Origin: Saprolegnia diclina VS20
Lineage: Eukaryota
Direction: 5' to 3'
DNA: 58,291 bases
Assembly: GCF_000281045.1 (NCBI RefSeq)
Contig: NW_008246081.1
Span: 303,838-362,128 of the forward strand
Part shown: positions 9,898-20,768 of the stretch, piece by piece
Numbering within the stretch: the first letter of the stretch is position 1
Layout of the letters: the number at the start of each line of letters is the position of its first letter
Program-made: the position numbers and the translations under genes
The notes under the pieces: model-generated
Seen by the model: only the letters and a program-made list of their open reading frames with translations
What the model was told of the DNA's origin: nothing
Database searches by the model: none

Positions 9898-11634
9898 ATG
9901 GACGTGACCGACGACGACGTGAAGGCCAAAGTCGCCGACGACATGACGGTCGAAACTACCGAGGACGTGCAGGTTGAAGCTGCTGCGGTCGACAGCAGCG
10001 ACATGGAGGTCGATGAGGTCAAGGTCGACGAGCCCGTTGTGGAGGCCAGGCAGATGAACCTTCCGGACGTCGAGGTCTCGGCGCTCCTCGGGCGCGTGAC
10101 CTCGTGGACCGACGTCAACATGCACTTGCAGCACGACACGGTGAATGCGTTCTCTCTCACGCTCCATGCACAGTGCCAGCAGGAGCTCCAGATCCACACG
10201 CGCGTCCGTGTGAACGGTACCATCGATCTCTCGTACGAGTTTCTCTGCGGCGGCCAAGGCAACACGGAAGCGTCGATCCTCAAGCGGCGAGGCTCCAGCC
10301 GCGAGATCGAGGTCGCCTGTGTCTTTTGCGGCCGCATTTGCTCGGACACGCAGGCCGGCCAGTACTGGTTCAACATGACGCTGCACCGCAAGGCGGATGG
10401 CGACGCGTACTTTCAGCTCTCGTCCGGCATTGGCAGTGGCATCGGCGACAAGCTTGTCATCATCGGCCAAGACCTGCTTCCGAAGGACACGACCCGCGTC
10501 GAAGTGGTCTCGGTCGGGGTCACGAGCGGTCGGTCGCCGGTCCGCGCCCGTGCGATCCAAGTCGCGGCCCATACCCAGACGCTGCTTTCGTCGGAAGTCG
10601 CGCTCTGCGTCATGTCGGACCCGTCGGGTACGGACCTCTTGACGCCCGAGCAGCGCGTGCAGTACGTCGCCGGCTGCGAAGGCGCCAAGAAGCGCGCCCA
10701 GCGCTTCAACAGCGAGTACAAGCAGCCGGACGTCAAGCAGTTCCTCGACTCGAAGATCGTGCGCATGATGCAGCGCAGCGGCGCTGTGACCGAGAAGGGC
10801 TTTTCGACCGGCTTTGACGTCATGAGCGCGGAAGAAGTCGCGAAGCGTGAGGCGCGCCGGAACCGCTTCAACGTCGCCGAGTACGCGATCGAGGGCGGCA
10901 TCGCGCGCGAGATCTCGGAAGGTCTCACGGAAGACGAGCTCGCCAAGCGCAGCGAAGAGGCCGCGCGCCGGGCCGGTCGCGCCGCCAAGTTTGGCATCGA
11001 GACGCACAGCAACATGCAGCTCCACGCGGCGTCGCCCAAGGTGCTCGCGGAGCGCGTCGACATGAACACAGCGCTCGAGGCGCGGGACGACGCGATCCAC
11101 ATGTACTCTCTCGACGACGCCTTTACGAGCGTCCGGACGCGCGATATTCTGGCCTATTTCACGGGCTACGGCCCGTCGTACGTCGAGTGGATCAACGATA
11201 GCTCGTGCACGATCGTGTTTCACGACGCGTTCACGGTCTCCCGCGCGCTCCTCTCGCTGAGCGCCGATATTGCGCCCGAGCTGCTCCTCGAGGCCAAGCC
11301 CGTCAAGGACGTGGTGCAGAACCCCTTTGCCGCGCCTAGCGACGACATGAGCGCCGAGGATGGCGTCTCGGCCCACGCTGCCGGCTGGCGCGTCGGCGTG
11401 CCGATCAAGGCGTCGGATCACATGGACCGGCATTGGCGCCTCCTGCTTCGCCGCGCGACGATCAACGACTTCCCGCCCGAGAAGCCGTGGAAGCGCGACC
11501 AGTACCAGCGCGGCAGCCACCGCCGGGCGGGTGGGCGCCAGCAGCAGAGCAAGAAGCGCGGCCGAGACGACAACGACGACGACGAGAGCATGGGCCAGAG
11601 TCGCCGCCGGTATACAAAGCGCATTCACTCGTAA
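9898..11634 (+). CDS. NCBP3: Nuclear cap-binding protein subunit 3-like, with an N-terminal FAMeT-like domain
   Basis: RDDAIHMYSLD..RTRDILAYFTGYGPSYVEWINDSSCTIVF matches the NCBP3/DUF2414 RRM-like core. Also has KREARRNRF and RAAKFGI repeats. Intronless. Confidence 0.8.
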   Translation: MDVTDDDVKAKVADDMTVETTEDVQVEAAAVDSSDMEVDEVKVDEPVVEARQMNLPDVEVSALLGRVTSWTDVNMHLQHDTVNAFSLTLHAQCQQELQIHTRVRVNGTIDLSYEFLCGGQGNTEASILKRRGSSREIEVACVFCGRICSDTQAGQYWFNMTLHRKADGDAYFQLSSGIGSGIGDKLVIIGQDLLPKDTTRVEVVSVGVTSGRSPVRARAIQVAAHTQTLLSSEVALCVMSDPSGTDLLTPEQRVQYVAGCEGAKKRAQRFNSEYKQPDVKQFLDSKIVRMMQRSGAVTEKGFSTGFDVMSAEEVAKREARRNRFNVAEYAIEGGIAREISEGLTEDELAKRSEEAARRAGRAAKFGIETHSNMQLHAASPKVLAERVDMNTALEARDDAIHMYSLDDAFTSVRTRDILAYFTGYGPSYVEWINDSSCTIVFHDAFTVSRALLSLSADIAPELLLEAKPVKDVVQNPFAAPSDDMSAEDGVSAHAAGWRVGVPIKASDHMDRHWRLLLRRATINDFPPEKPWKRDQYQRGSHRRAGGRQQQSKKRGRDDNDDDESMGQSRRRYTKRIHS

Positions 11635-12139
11635 ACGGCGAGAAGCGCGAGACCGATGCAGTCAAATCGTCGCCAACCTATACAGTCGCGCCACCTTATA
11701 TAGTCGTGTTTTGCGGTATCACTACTAACGCCTGTCGATCGTCGCCTATGACGCTCTTAGTTGCAACGCTGCGTGGACGTTGCGCCATGCTGAGAGAGAT
11801 ACCAGCATGCGTTGCCCACCTGGCAACCAGGACGCTCGGTGTTCAGCTCGGAATCGCTCGCTTGTTGTAGCCAGCTAACACCCAAAACCTGCCGATACCT
11901 TGTCGCCATTTGACCTCGAGCGAGCATGCGGTGAGCACGAGTAGCGAGGTGCACGCATACGAGGCTACATGTCCTCGAGTGCAGGAGTAGTCACTGTGTC
12001 GATGTGTGTTTCTACTGCGCTCCCACCGCGTGATGTACAAGTAGCCCACGATGTCTCATTGAAACGAGTGACGCTTGCCGAGTCATTGGCAGAGCAACTT
12101 GAGGCGGTCGAGCTACGGGCAAACAGCGCGCTATTAAGG

Positions 12140-13288
12140 TTATAGCTTGGCCGAGATGGGCTCGCGGCAGTACGGGCACTCGCCAAAGATGGTTTGAAAC
12201 GACTTGCGCGATGTCGCGATCGACGTGAGCCACTCGAGGATGCAGCGCTCGTGGAAGGGCCGCGCGCAGCTCTTATGGTCGCAGATGCGCCCGGGAATCG
12301 CGCCGTCTTCGGCTCGGTACGCGTAGCAGATGCCGCACTCCTGCTGGAACTCGTCGCGCTTGGTCGTCGATGGCGACGGAAACTTGAGGCTCAACACGCG
12401 CTCGAGGTTCTTCCGGAGCGTCTCGGCGGGCTTCCACTTGGTCAGCTGCTTGTAGAGCGTCTCTCGGAGCGGCCCGACCGTCGCTTCGTTCCCGAACCAG
12501 ACAACGTCGACCAACGCGCGCGGGTTGAGCGGGTCGGTGACTTCAAACTGCAGAGACGCTTGCGGCACGACGGCGAGGCGCCGTCGTTTGCACGCGCGCG
12601 TCGGCCGCGCCGGCTCGAGCACGTAGCACTTCTTGTCCAAGTCGTCGAGGACGTCCCAAAAGTCTTGGTACTTGGCCAAGACCGTCGTGACCTACATGGC
12701 ATCTCAATCGTGCTTACTGCAAGCGAAACGAACCTGGTCGAGCGCGTCGGCGAGGGTGCTCGTGGCCGACCACTGGAGCGGCGGCATGGGCTCAGGGATG
12801 TCGGCCGCACACTGAGGCGGCGACGCAGGGTACGCTGCATCCATAAGAAACGAGACGATGTGCGTGCGCTGCTTGGCGTCGAGCACCTTGACCTGGAGAC
12901 CGTTCCAGTTGCCGATCCTGTCCGTGTTGACCTCGGCGATGCGGTCCCAGCCGATCTGCGCCACGTCATTGAGCAGCGTCTCAAAGAACGTGAGCGCCGG
13001 CGCGTGCACATCGAGGGCGCACGACGGCGCTCGCAATGCGCTTGTCGTGAGGTCGTAGAGCTCGAGCATGAAGGCTGCGAGCGTCGGGCTCTGCTGGAGG
13101 CGGCGCGCGACCACGTGCATGTGCGGGCGCAGCAGCTGCGCCAGCTGGTCGTCGAGCTCGAGGCCGGCGGCCTTGAGGCTCGAGCCCTCCACGTTGGTCA
13201 CGCGCACGAGGAACTGGCGGTCATCGGCGACGTCGAGGAACCCGCGGTACGTCGTCCCGGCCAGATCTTCGGGCACGAGCGCTCCCAT
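12140..13288 (-). CDS. FANCL: E3 ubiquitin ligase FANCL
   Basis: RWD/ELF-like N-terminus (QIGWDRI..LDAKQRTHIV..YPASPP), YQDFWDVLDDLDKKCYVLEP, and C-terminal RING ECGICYAY..CDHKSCARPFHERCILEWL..IFGECPYCREPI. One intron at ~12693-12733. Confidence 0.95.
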
Positions 13289-13744
13289 GGTCGCGTTCTC
13301 GGTTTCTATTGGGTGGTCGATCCCGGCTGGCTAAACGCACGCAATTGAGCACACCGTACGTGGCACGCCGGCAGCGCACCCACGATGCTTTGATTGCGCG
13401 AGCGACGGCCGGTCAATGGCATGGCGCTCGTCCCGCTCTCTCCTTCTCTGCTGTATACTGGGTCCGTGGTCAGCTTGTCGCTGCGTTCGAGGCAAGCTGG
13501 AAGCCGGGCGTTCGGTGCTGCGTGACGCGGCGATGCTGCGGCTGTAGACAGGCGTCGCGCTGGAGTAGCTTGCGCTTCATCGCTCGCACGATGGGTACCC
13601 GAGTTGTTGAACGAGTCTTCGATCCCCATCCCTGCAGCAGGAGAGAGCGAGCGAGCGGCTGGACCTTCATGCTGGCGTTGGCTCCACCTTCATGGCATCC
13701 GGCCCGTATCCGGATACTTGACCGACGTGTGGCAAGACATCACG

Positions 13745-14323
13745 ATGAGCAGCGCCGAGGACAAGCCGCAGGCGACGACAGCCGCGCGCTTCGAGCCAAC
13801 GCTGACGCTCGAGGGTCTTCGCGGGAGGATTGCCGCGTTTGCCGACGAGCGCGACTGGAACAAGGTACCATGAGCGCATTCCTCTGTCCTTTTCGTCATC
13901 TGGATGGTTCAGCACCACACGCCCCGCAACCTGCTCTTGGCCATGACGGGCGAAGTCGGTGAGCTCTGCGAGTGCTTCCAGTGGCGCGGTGACGATGGCC
14001 AACACCCGGATAGTACGTACACGCGCTTGGTCAATTGCTTGTACTCAGGCTCACTTTGTAGCGTGGACGGCCGCGGACCGCGAACACTTGGGTGAAGAGC
14101 TCAGCGACGTCTTGATCTACCTCATTCGCCTCGCCGGTAGGAGATCCTCAAGACGCCGCCTCTCATGTGTCCTATAGACCGGTGCAACGTCGACTTGCCA
14201 GCGGCTGCCCTCGACAAGATCAAGAAGAACGCCATCAAGTACCCTGCGGCGCAGGTCCAAGGCTCAGCGCTCAAGTACACGGCGTACGCGACCGACGCGC
14301 CTCGTAGCAACGCAGACAACTAA
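13745..14323 (+). CDS. DCTPP1: dCTP pyrophosphatase 1 (MazG-like), spliced
   Basis: FADERDWNK|HHTPRNLLLAMTGEVGELCECFQW, HLGEELSDVLIYLIRLA|DRCNVDL..KIKKNAIKYP across 3 introns. Confidence 0.93.
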
Positions 14324-14374
14324 GACCTCGTAACGATACAGAGAGGCAGCTAGGTTAGTGGTGGTATGTACAGA

Positions 14375-16636
14375 CTACGATTGGGCATCGACGCCGCCGC
14401 GCTGGACGTAGCGACGGAGCAGTGCGCAGCGCTTGGTCGTGTCGACGCTCTCGCTCTTGAGCGGCACTTGGTACGCCGTGTTGCCGCGAATCGGCTCGAC
14501 GCGCACGTCGCCGAGGAGCTCGGGGCACTGGAGCGCGCCCTCGCCAATCTTGGCACAAACATCCATGAGGTCGTGCGCAATCGACGGCGAGACGACCGAG
14601 TCGTGGTGGTAGTCGGGGTGCGAGCACACAAAGCGGCGCATCCACGTGGCGGCCGTCGGGAGCTCGCCCGTCGCGCGCTTGGCAATGAGCGCGAGGTACT
14701 TGTCCAACAAGCGGCGCGTCGTGTCGTCGCAGTTGATATGGTCGAGGTACGCATTCACGAGCGGGATCAACCCCGGGTAGTAGCACCCTTTCCCGAGCAT
14801 AATCTCGGCGATCGTCATCGTCTCAAAGCTCTCGGCGCCATGAATGCACTTGGCCGCATCGTCGACGCACGTCGCGCTGCACTGAATGTGGCAGCCCGCC
14901 TTGTGGCACTCGTCGACGTCGGGCGGCGCGAGGTGCCGGCGGAAGAAGAAGCTTTCTTCGGTCGCCGCGTTCACGCGGTGCGCAATCTCCATGTTGGCGT
15001 TGACCTTGGAGAGCGGGACGTACAGGTTCAGGTCAAAGGCCAAGATGACGCGCGAGACGAGCGCCATGAAGACGCTAAACGCCGCGTTCTCGAAGTCCGT
15101 GAGCTGGATCTCCATCGACCGAAACTCCGTGCGCCACCCAATGTGCGGCGAGGAAGCGCCGTCCTCGGCCGGCGGCGGCGGCGGCTTCCAGCGCACCGTC
15201 TGCCAGTTGGTCGACTGGATGTTCTCGAAATGGTCGGTCGCCGTCTTGTTGTCGAGGTGGAGGCGCTGCTCAAAGAGCACGAGCGGGTCGCGGATAAAGA
15301 GGTGGGCAATGTGCTTGGCGAGCACGTCGTCGACGCCGTTCGCGAGCAGCGTCTCGTACGACTCGGCGTCGAACGGAATCTCAACGTCGTTGTAGTGATC
15401 GAGGTTCGCGTGGCAGTCTTCGCCGTCCTTGTGGTTGCAAATGAACGCCGAGATGCCTTCGTAGCGTGACTTGGGCAAGCGCTTGACGCCGTCGCCGGCC
15501 ATCTGCGTGTAGCTCGCGGGCGCCGTCTCTTGCGGCGCCACGCCGCGCTCCTGGGGCGTGCGGTCGTCGACCGAGGCCGCGATCGTCGCCCAGCGCACGT
15601 CCGTGTCGGCGAGACGGCCCTTGAGGATCGGCGTCGCGGCCGTGAGCGCGAGCATGATGGGCGAGAGCACGCCGAGGTGGTCGTACAAGTGGCGCGACTC
15701 GCCAATGTTCTTGGCCTGGAACGTCACCTGGAGACAGCACATGCCCATGCCAAACGCCATCGCGTCCATGTGGATGAAGCCCGGGTGCGGCTCGCATTGC
15801 TCCGAGAACGACGACTGGCGCCGCGTGAGCCGCTTAAACACAGGCTCGGGCGCGATCGCCACCTCAATGTCCGTGGCGCTCGCTGGGCTCCGCGACCCTT
15901 CCTTGAGCGGGCTCTTGATGCCCGACGTCGCGTCGCCGTACGTCGGTCGCGCGTGCTCGGCGACCCACGCGGCTTCGTCTTCGAGCATTTGCTTGGTATA
16001 CACGTCCTTGAAGATCGGGACGCGAATGTCGACGTTCTCGGTGCGGCGCGTGCGGATGTTGGCCGTGAGCGTGCCAAAGCGCGGGTGCGGGTTGATGATG
16101 GTGTCGCTAATGTACAGCGAGTTGGCGATCTTGCCGCGCTTGACGACGGGCGGTGTGATGTAGTCGCCGACGCCAAGTAGTGGGAAGGCCGTGACGGTCG
16201 GTGCAATCTCGTTGGGCTTGAGCACTGAGAGAAGTCGCGCACGGCGAAGACGCATGCTTTGCTCAACGCGGCGAAGGTCCGACGTAAAGCCACCGTATGG
16301 CACCCGGGGCGTGGCTTCGACCATCCACGCGCCGTACTCAGGCACCCAGTTGCATTCCTCTTCGGCATGGTCCGCGCGATGGAAGCGCTCTTCCTTGTCC
16401 ATGAGCTCGCGCAAGATCTCCGAGCCTCGCAGCGAGAGGCGCACCGTCTTCTCGTCGTGGTCCAGCTCAAAGATGCCATACTCGAGCTCGTCGCCCCACT
16501 TCAAGACGTCGCCGCGGATGTCCTTGACGCGGTGGTACGTCTCAAGGAACTGGAGGATGCCATTGCGGCGGACGTGCTTGAGCCACTGGAGCGCGTCGTC
16601 CCAGGGCAGCGGCGTGCCCACGACAAGCAACCCCAT
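14375..16636 (-). CDS. GCLC: Glutamate-cysteine ligase catalytic subunit
   Basis: MGLLVVGTPLPW, LKWGDELEY, WVPEYGAWMVEATP, IHMDAMAFGMGMCCLQVTFQ, HFENIQSTNWQTVRWKPPP, GWRTEFRSMEIQLTDFENAAF. Intronless. Confidence 0.97.
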   Translation of the reverse strand: MGLLVVGTPLPWDDALQWLKHVRRNGILQFLETYHRVKDIRGDVLKWGDELEYGIFELDHDEKTVRLSLRGSEILRELMDKEERFHRADHAEEECNWVPEYGAWMVEATPRVPYGGFTSDLRRVEQSMRLRRARLLSVLKPNEIAPTVTAFPLLGVGDYITPPVVKRGKIANSLYISDTIINPHPRFGTLTANIRTRRTENVDIRVPIFKDVYTKQMLEDEAAWVAEHARPTYGDATSGIKSPLKEGSRSPASATDIEVAIAPEPVFKRLTRRQSSFSEQCEPHPGFIHMDAMAFGMGMCCLQVTFQAKNIGESRHLYDHLGVLSPIMLALTAATPILKGRLADTDVRWATIAASVDDRTPQERGVAPQETAPASYTQMAGDGVKRLPKSRYEGISAFICNHKDGEDCHANLDHYNDVEIPFDAESYETLLANGVDDVLAKHIAHLFIRDPLVLFEQRLHLDNKTATDHFENIQSTNWQTVRWKPPPPPAEDGASSPHIGWRTEFRSMEIQLTDFENAAFSVFMALVSRVILAFDLNLYVPLSKVNANMEIAHRVNAATEESFFFRRHLAPPDVDECHKAGCHIQCSATCVDDAAKCIHGAESFETMTIAEIMLGKGCYYPGLIPLVNAYLDHINCDDTTRRLLDKYLALIAKRATGELPTAATWMRRFVCSHPDYHHDSVVSPSIAHDLMDVCAKIGEGALQCPELLGDVRVEPIRGNTAYQVPLKSESVDTTKRCALLRRYVQRGGVDAQS

Positions 16637-17372
16637 GCTTGGCTCTTCAATTTGTCGAATGACCAAGGATTGCCCCACGGCGACGATGACGAATCTTGCG
16701 CGAATCCTGGGATATGATTGGCTAAAAAGCCAACGCTTTTGGACCGCCAAAGAAACTTCTTCAGCATTTTATTAAATGATACGCTCTATACACGGTGTTT
16801 GTATCGAAACGGCTGGTGCATTTTATTGCATCGCGACCGTAACCACCGCTTGTGGATCGCAATGCAGTCGAGGCTTCGACTAACTACAATAAGAACGTAG
16901 GGCAGCTACTCGAGAGAAGCTGCGTTGTCACTGGATACTTTAGTGTGTTGTAGCTGCGGGTAGGCCAGCGCGATGACTCTGGCGACGACAGCTCCTGACC
17001 TGTCGCACTGCATCTCCCATTCAATGGTGTTCCTCGGCCGCTGAGGCAAACCGTATGACTGCATCTCACAATTTGACTCATACTGTGCCAGCAACTGTGG
17101 GACGAGCCCAATCGCAAGCTGCTCCCACATACACGTCCCCAGACGGGCAAGGTTGACACTTGGCGCTTGATGTTGAGACGCCGAGCAAGTCCTCGTCGCA
17201 TTGACGTTATTTGCGTCGGCCGGCGATAGATGCTACAGTACGGCAGGGGGGAAGGTTCGGCGCGAATCCCACCGAAGCCGGCACGGTGGACCTCCGAAGT
17301 CCGCGAGTAGCCAAGCGAAGGCAACAAAGAGACTACTATTACATGGACACGCAGCAACACTTGGAAAATAAA

Positions 17373-18200
17373 TCAGCAGTGGAGGTCGGGCGCGCGTAGC
17401 TCCCGGATGTGCGCAGTGCACATGCCCTTGGACTTTTGCAGCTTCTTGCAGTCGGCCACGATGCACAGCTTGTCTTGGCGGTGCACCTCGCAGTAGCCGC
17501 CGCCGCGGTCTGTGCGCGTGCAGTCTTTGACGTGGCAACTCCGGAAGCCGCCGTGCGTGGCGCAAAAGCTGCCGCGCTGCGCGCCTTTGGAGCAACCGAC
17601 CGCCTCGCAGCGCCGCCCACCGCCGTGCGACCGACAGTAGCCACGGCCTTGACTGCTCTTCATGCACCCGTCTGCCTTGCAGCGCGATCCGCCGCCGTGC
17701 GCTTTGCAGAGGCCTTGTGACTGGGCAGCGTTTGTGCACGCCTCGTGCTTGCAGCGCTTCCCGCCCCCGTGTCCGATGCAGTAGTCTCCGTTCTGCGCGC
17801 CCTTGCCGCAGCCGGCCATGATGCACTTGCGACCGCCGCCGTGGGCCTTGCAGAGGCCTTTCGACCGAATGCGCTTGGTGCAATGCGGCACGCGGCAGAG
17901 CCCGCGGGTCGAAGTCCCCGGCGTCAACGGCAGGAGTTGCTTGGGCGCGAGGGACGGGCCCTTGAGCGGTGGCATACTCGCTCTCGTCTTCTCGAGTGGG
18001 CTAAAGCTCAGCGTCGGGCGGAGCATGGTCGACGAAGCGGGCGGCGTAAACGCCTGAAATGACGACGGCAACAGGGGTGGGCGCGTCTCGACCGAGTCGA
18101 GCGAGATCGAGAAGTGGCTCGGTGGCGCCATCACCGCGTCGTCCTTGAAGAGCGTCGTGAGGAAGAGGATCTCGTCGTTGCTGAAGAGAGTCGACTGCAT
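17373..18200 (-). CDS. WRKY19-like Cys/His zinc-finger repeat protein (oomycete-expanded family)
   Basis: About 7 tandem CxxxxCxKxAxxxGxCxxHGGG repeats. Likely ATG at 18200 (MQSTLFSNDE). Confidence 0.85.
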   Translation of the reverse strand: MQSTLFSNDEILFLTTLFKDDAVMAPPSHFSISLDSVETRPPLLPSSFQAFTPPASSTMLRPTLSFSPLEKTRASMPPLKGPSLAPKQLLPLTPGTSTRGLCRVPHCTKRIRSKGLCKAHGGGRKCIMAGCGKGAQNGDYCIGHGGGKRCKHEACTNAAQSQGLCKAHGGGSRCKADGCMKSSQGRGYCRSHGGGRRCEAVGCSKGAQRGSFCATHGGFRSCHVKDCTRTDRGGGYCEVHRQDKLCIVADCKKLQKSKGMCTAHIRELRAPDLHC

Positions 18201-19156
18201 CGAAAGTTTAGAAATGACGTGCACGCGTGCGCATCGACCACGAAACCTGCTGGCCGGAGAACGCAGATGCAGAATGCGTCGACCAAAGATGGAGCGACTG
18301 CCGTCGTGTGTGACCAGCTGGGGACGCAGAACCAAGTGTCCTTCGGTGCCGACACCCCAGCCATCATCACTATTAGTAGGAAGAGCAGAGACAACGCTGG
18401 ATACGACCGTGGCCGACCGTTCGGGGAACGTGGTTTGCAGGCGCCCAAGGACACAGTGCGTGGAAGAAGCCACGAAGCTCGTGGCGGCGCCTTCTTCGTA
18501 TGGCGTCGCGTCCAGCCAGATCCTGTCTCTCCGACTCTTAATCGCTCGACCGCTCGTCGGCGACACCGCGCGCCGAGCCGCAAGCTTCGAGTCGGCGCGT
18601 GCATCTCGTGCAAAGAAGAGACTGCATGACGCGCCGGAATTATCACACGCGATCCTCAGGATCAGAGTGTATGCGACGACCACGACGCGTACCATGGAGG
18701 AGAGTGCGCGTTGGCAAGTACTGCTCTCAGTTGAACCCAGAAGTAACCCTTCGATAGCACCCCTACAGCTAACCTACGTAGGCTTACATGAGCGACGCGT
18801 TAGTGCTTTTGCTGCAACTCTGAAGAGTTCCAGGGTTAGGCTCGTGTGACGCCACAGCCGGGCGGAGGTGACAACCGACAAGTGGAGCCAGCGGCACGGC
18901 AGGGATAGCGACGTCCGGAGGCGCTTGCACGAACGTCGCTTGATAGGTACATGCGAGAATCAACACCTCGCCAACGACGGCCGAGCGCACCTCGAACACG
19001 GGCGCGGGAGCCAGCCCGTCGCTCCAGCTGCCACGTTTGAAGCGTATCTTTTTTTTAAATATATTATTCCTTTTAAATAGCGTCAACCATACGGTTAAAC
19101 CGAAAGCTGTGGGACCGGCTGGGCGGAGCGTCGGAAAAAAGATCGAGCGGCCGACA

Positions 19157-20716
19157 ATGACCGCCACAGCCGTGCGCCACCTCAAGTCGCTCGTCGGCGG
19201 CCGGGCCATCGAGGGCCGCGGCGCCTTGCGCTCGCTCGTAGACGCGCGCTCGGGCGTCGCCATCACGCAGTATCACGAACTCGAAGCGAGCCAGGTGCAT
19301 GAGGCCGTCGAAAGCTCGGCGGCCGCACAGCCCGCGTGGGCAAGCTTGGCGCCGGCCACGCGCTCCGACATTTTGCGGCGCGCCGCGCATCTCATCTCAG
19401 AACAGAGCGCCGAGATCCAGAAGCTCGAGAGTCTCGACACGGGCCGCGTCATTGCCGAAATGGAGGGCGACATTGCAAGCGCGGTGGACTGCCTCCAGCA
19501 CTTTGCCGGGATTGCGCCGACGTTTGGCGGCCAAATGCTCGACGTGCAGTCGCCGAATTGGGGCTACACGCGGCGCGAGCCATTTGGCGTCACGGCGGGC
19601 ATTGGTGCATGGAACTACCCGCTCCAGAGCGCTGTACACGACGAGAGGCACACCCATGCGCTCACAAGTGGATGTGCTGTAGGCGTGGAAGAGTGCGTCT
19701 GCCCTTGCGTTTGGTAATTCGATGATCTTCAAGCCATCCGAAGAGACACCACTGACTGCGCTTCGGCTTGCTCAAATCTACCTCGACGCAGGTGTTGCAT
19801 CCTACGTTCTTGGGTCATCTGCTCCACGCGCGACCTCATAGGTGTGCCGCCGGGCGTCTTCAACGTCGTCCTCGGTGCTGGGAGCGTCGGTGCTGCACTC
19901 GTTGCCCACGAGGCCGTGCGCAAAGTGTCGTTCACCGGCTCGGCAGCGACGGGCAAGCGCGTGTACGCCGCCTGCGCCGAAGGGCTCAAGCCCGCGACGA
20001 TGGAGCTCGGCGGCAAGTCGGCGCTCATCGTCTTCGCCGACGCCAACGTCCACGACGCCGTCTCGGGCGCCATGCTCGGCAACTGGTTTTCCAACGGCCA
20101 AGTGTGTTCGAACGGCACGCGCGTCTTTGTGCAGCGCGAGATCCTCGAGCCGTTTGTCGCTTGCCTCGTCGAGCGCACGATGCGGCTGCGTATCGGCGAC
20201 AACCTCGACCCGACCAGCGACATTGGCCCGATGATCCATGCCGCCCACCTCGCAAAGGTCGAGAGCTACATCACGCAGGGCCAGCTCGAGGGCGCGACCT
20301 TGCTCTACGGTGGCACGCGCGTCGGCGACGCTGGCGGCAACTACATTTTGCCCGCCATCTTTACCAACTGCACGGACGAGATGCGCATCGTCCAGGAAGA
20401 GATTTTCGGGATGGTCTGCGCGATTTTGCCGTTCGACTCGGAAGACGAGGTCGTGACGCGCGCGAATGCGTCGCCGCTCGGCCTCGCAGCCGGCGTGTTC
20501 ACCAACGACCTCCGCCGCGCGCACCGCACGATCGCCAGCCTCGCCGTCGGCACGTCGTGGATCAACACGTACAACATTGCGCCCGTCGAGCTGCCGTGGG
20601 GCGGCTACAAGCAGTCGGGCATTGGCCGCGAGAACGGCATCGCGGGGGCACACGCGTGGACGCAGCTCAAGTCGATCTACGTCGAGATGGACAAGGTGCC
20701 GTGCCCGTACGCCTAA
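19157..20716 (+). CDS. betB: Betaine/4-trimethylaminobutyraldehyde dehydrogenase (ALDH9/BetB family)
   Basis: [35 protein letters not shown], catalytic [27 protein letters not shown]. Two introns. Confidence 0.92.
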
Positions 20717-20768
20717 GCTCTGCTCTCTGCTATGTGTGAAGAAGATTGTGTATTGCAGCATGGAGAGA

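Noticed and set aside
9832..11628. Long antisense ORFs (598 aa here; also 12194-13348, 14366-15469, 26882-28312, 36410-37621, 43786-45105, 48927-50063)
   Set aside because: They are shadows of real genes on the opposite strand. Strong GC3 bias removes antisense stops, and the translations are low-information.
16800..17370. Possible small spliced gene or relic between GCLC and the WRKY-like gene
   Set aside because: There are some GT-AG patterns and short hairpins, but no convincing product or codon bias.
18832..18840. AGGGTTAGG (reverse CCTAACCCT) as a telomerase RNA template
   Set aside because: A 9-mer permutation of TTAGGG is expected by chance in 58 kb. It lies ~200 nt from the nearest TATA-like tract, and no T-run terminator was seen downstream on that strand.
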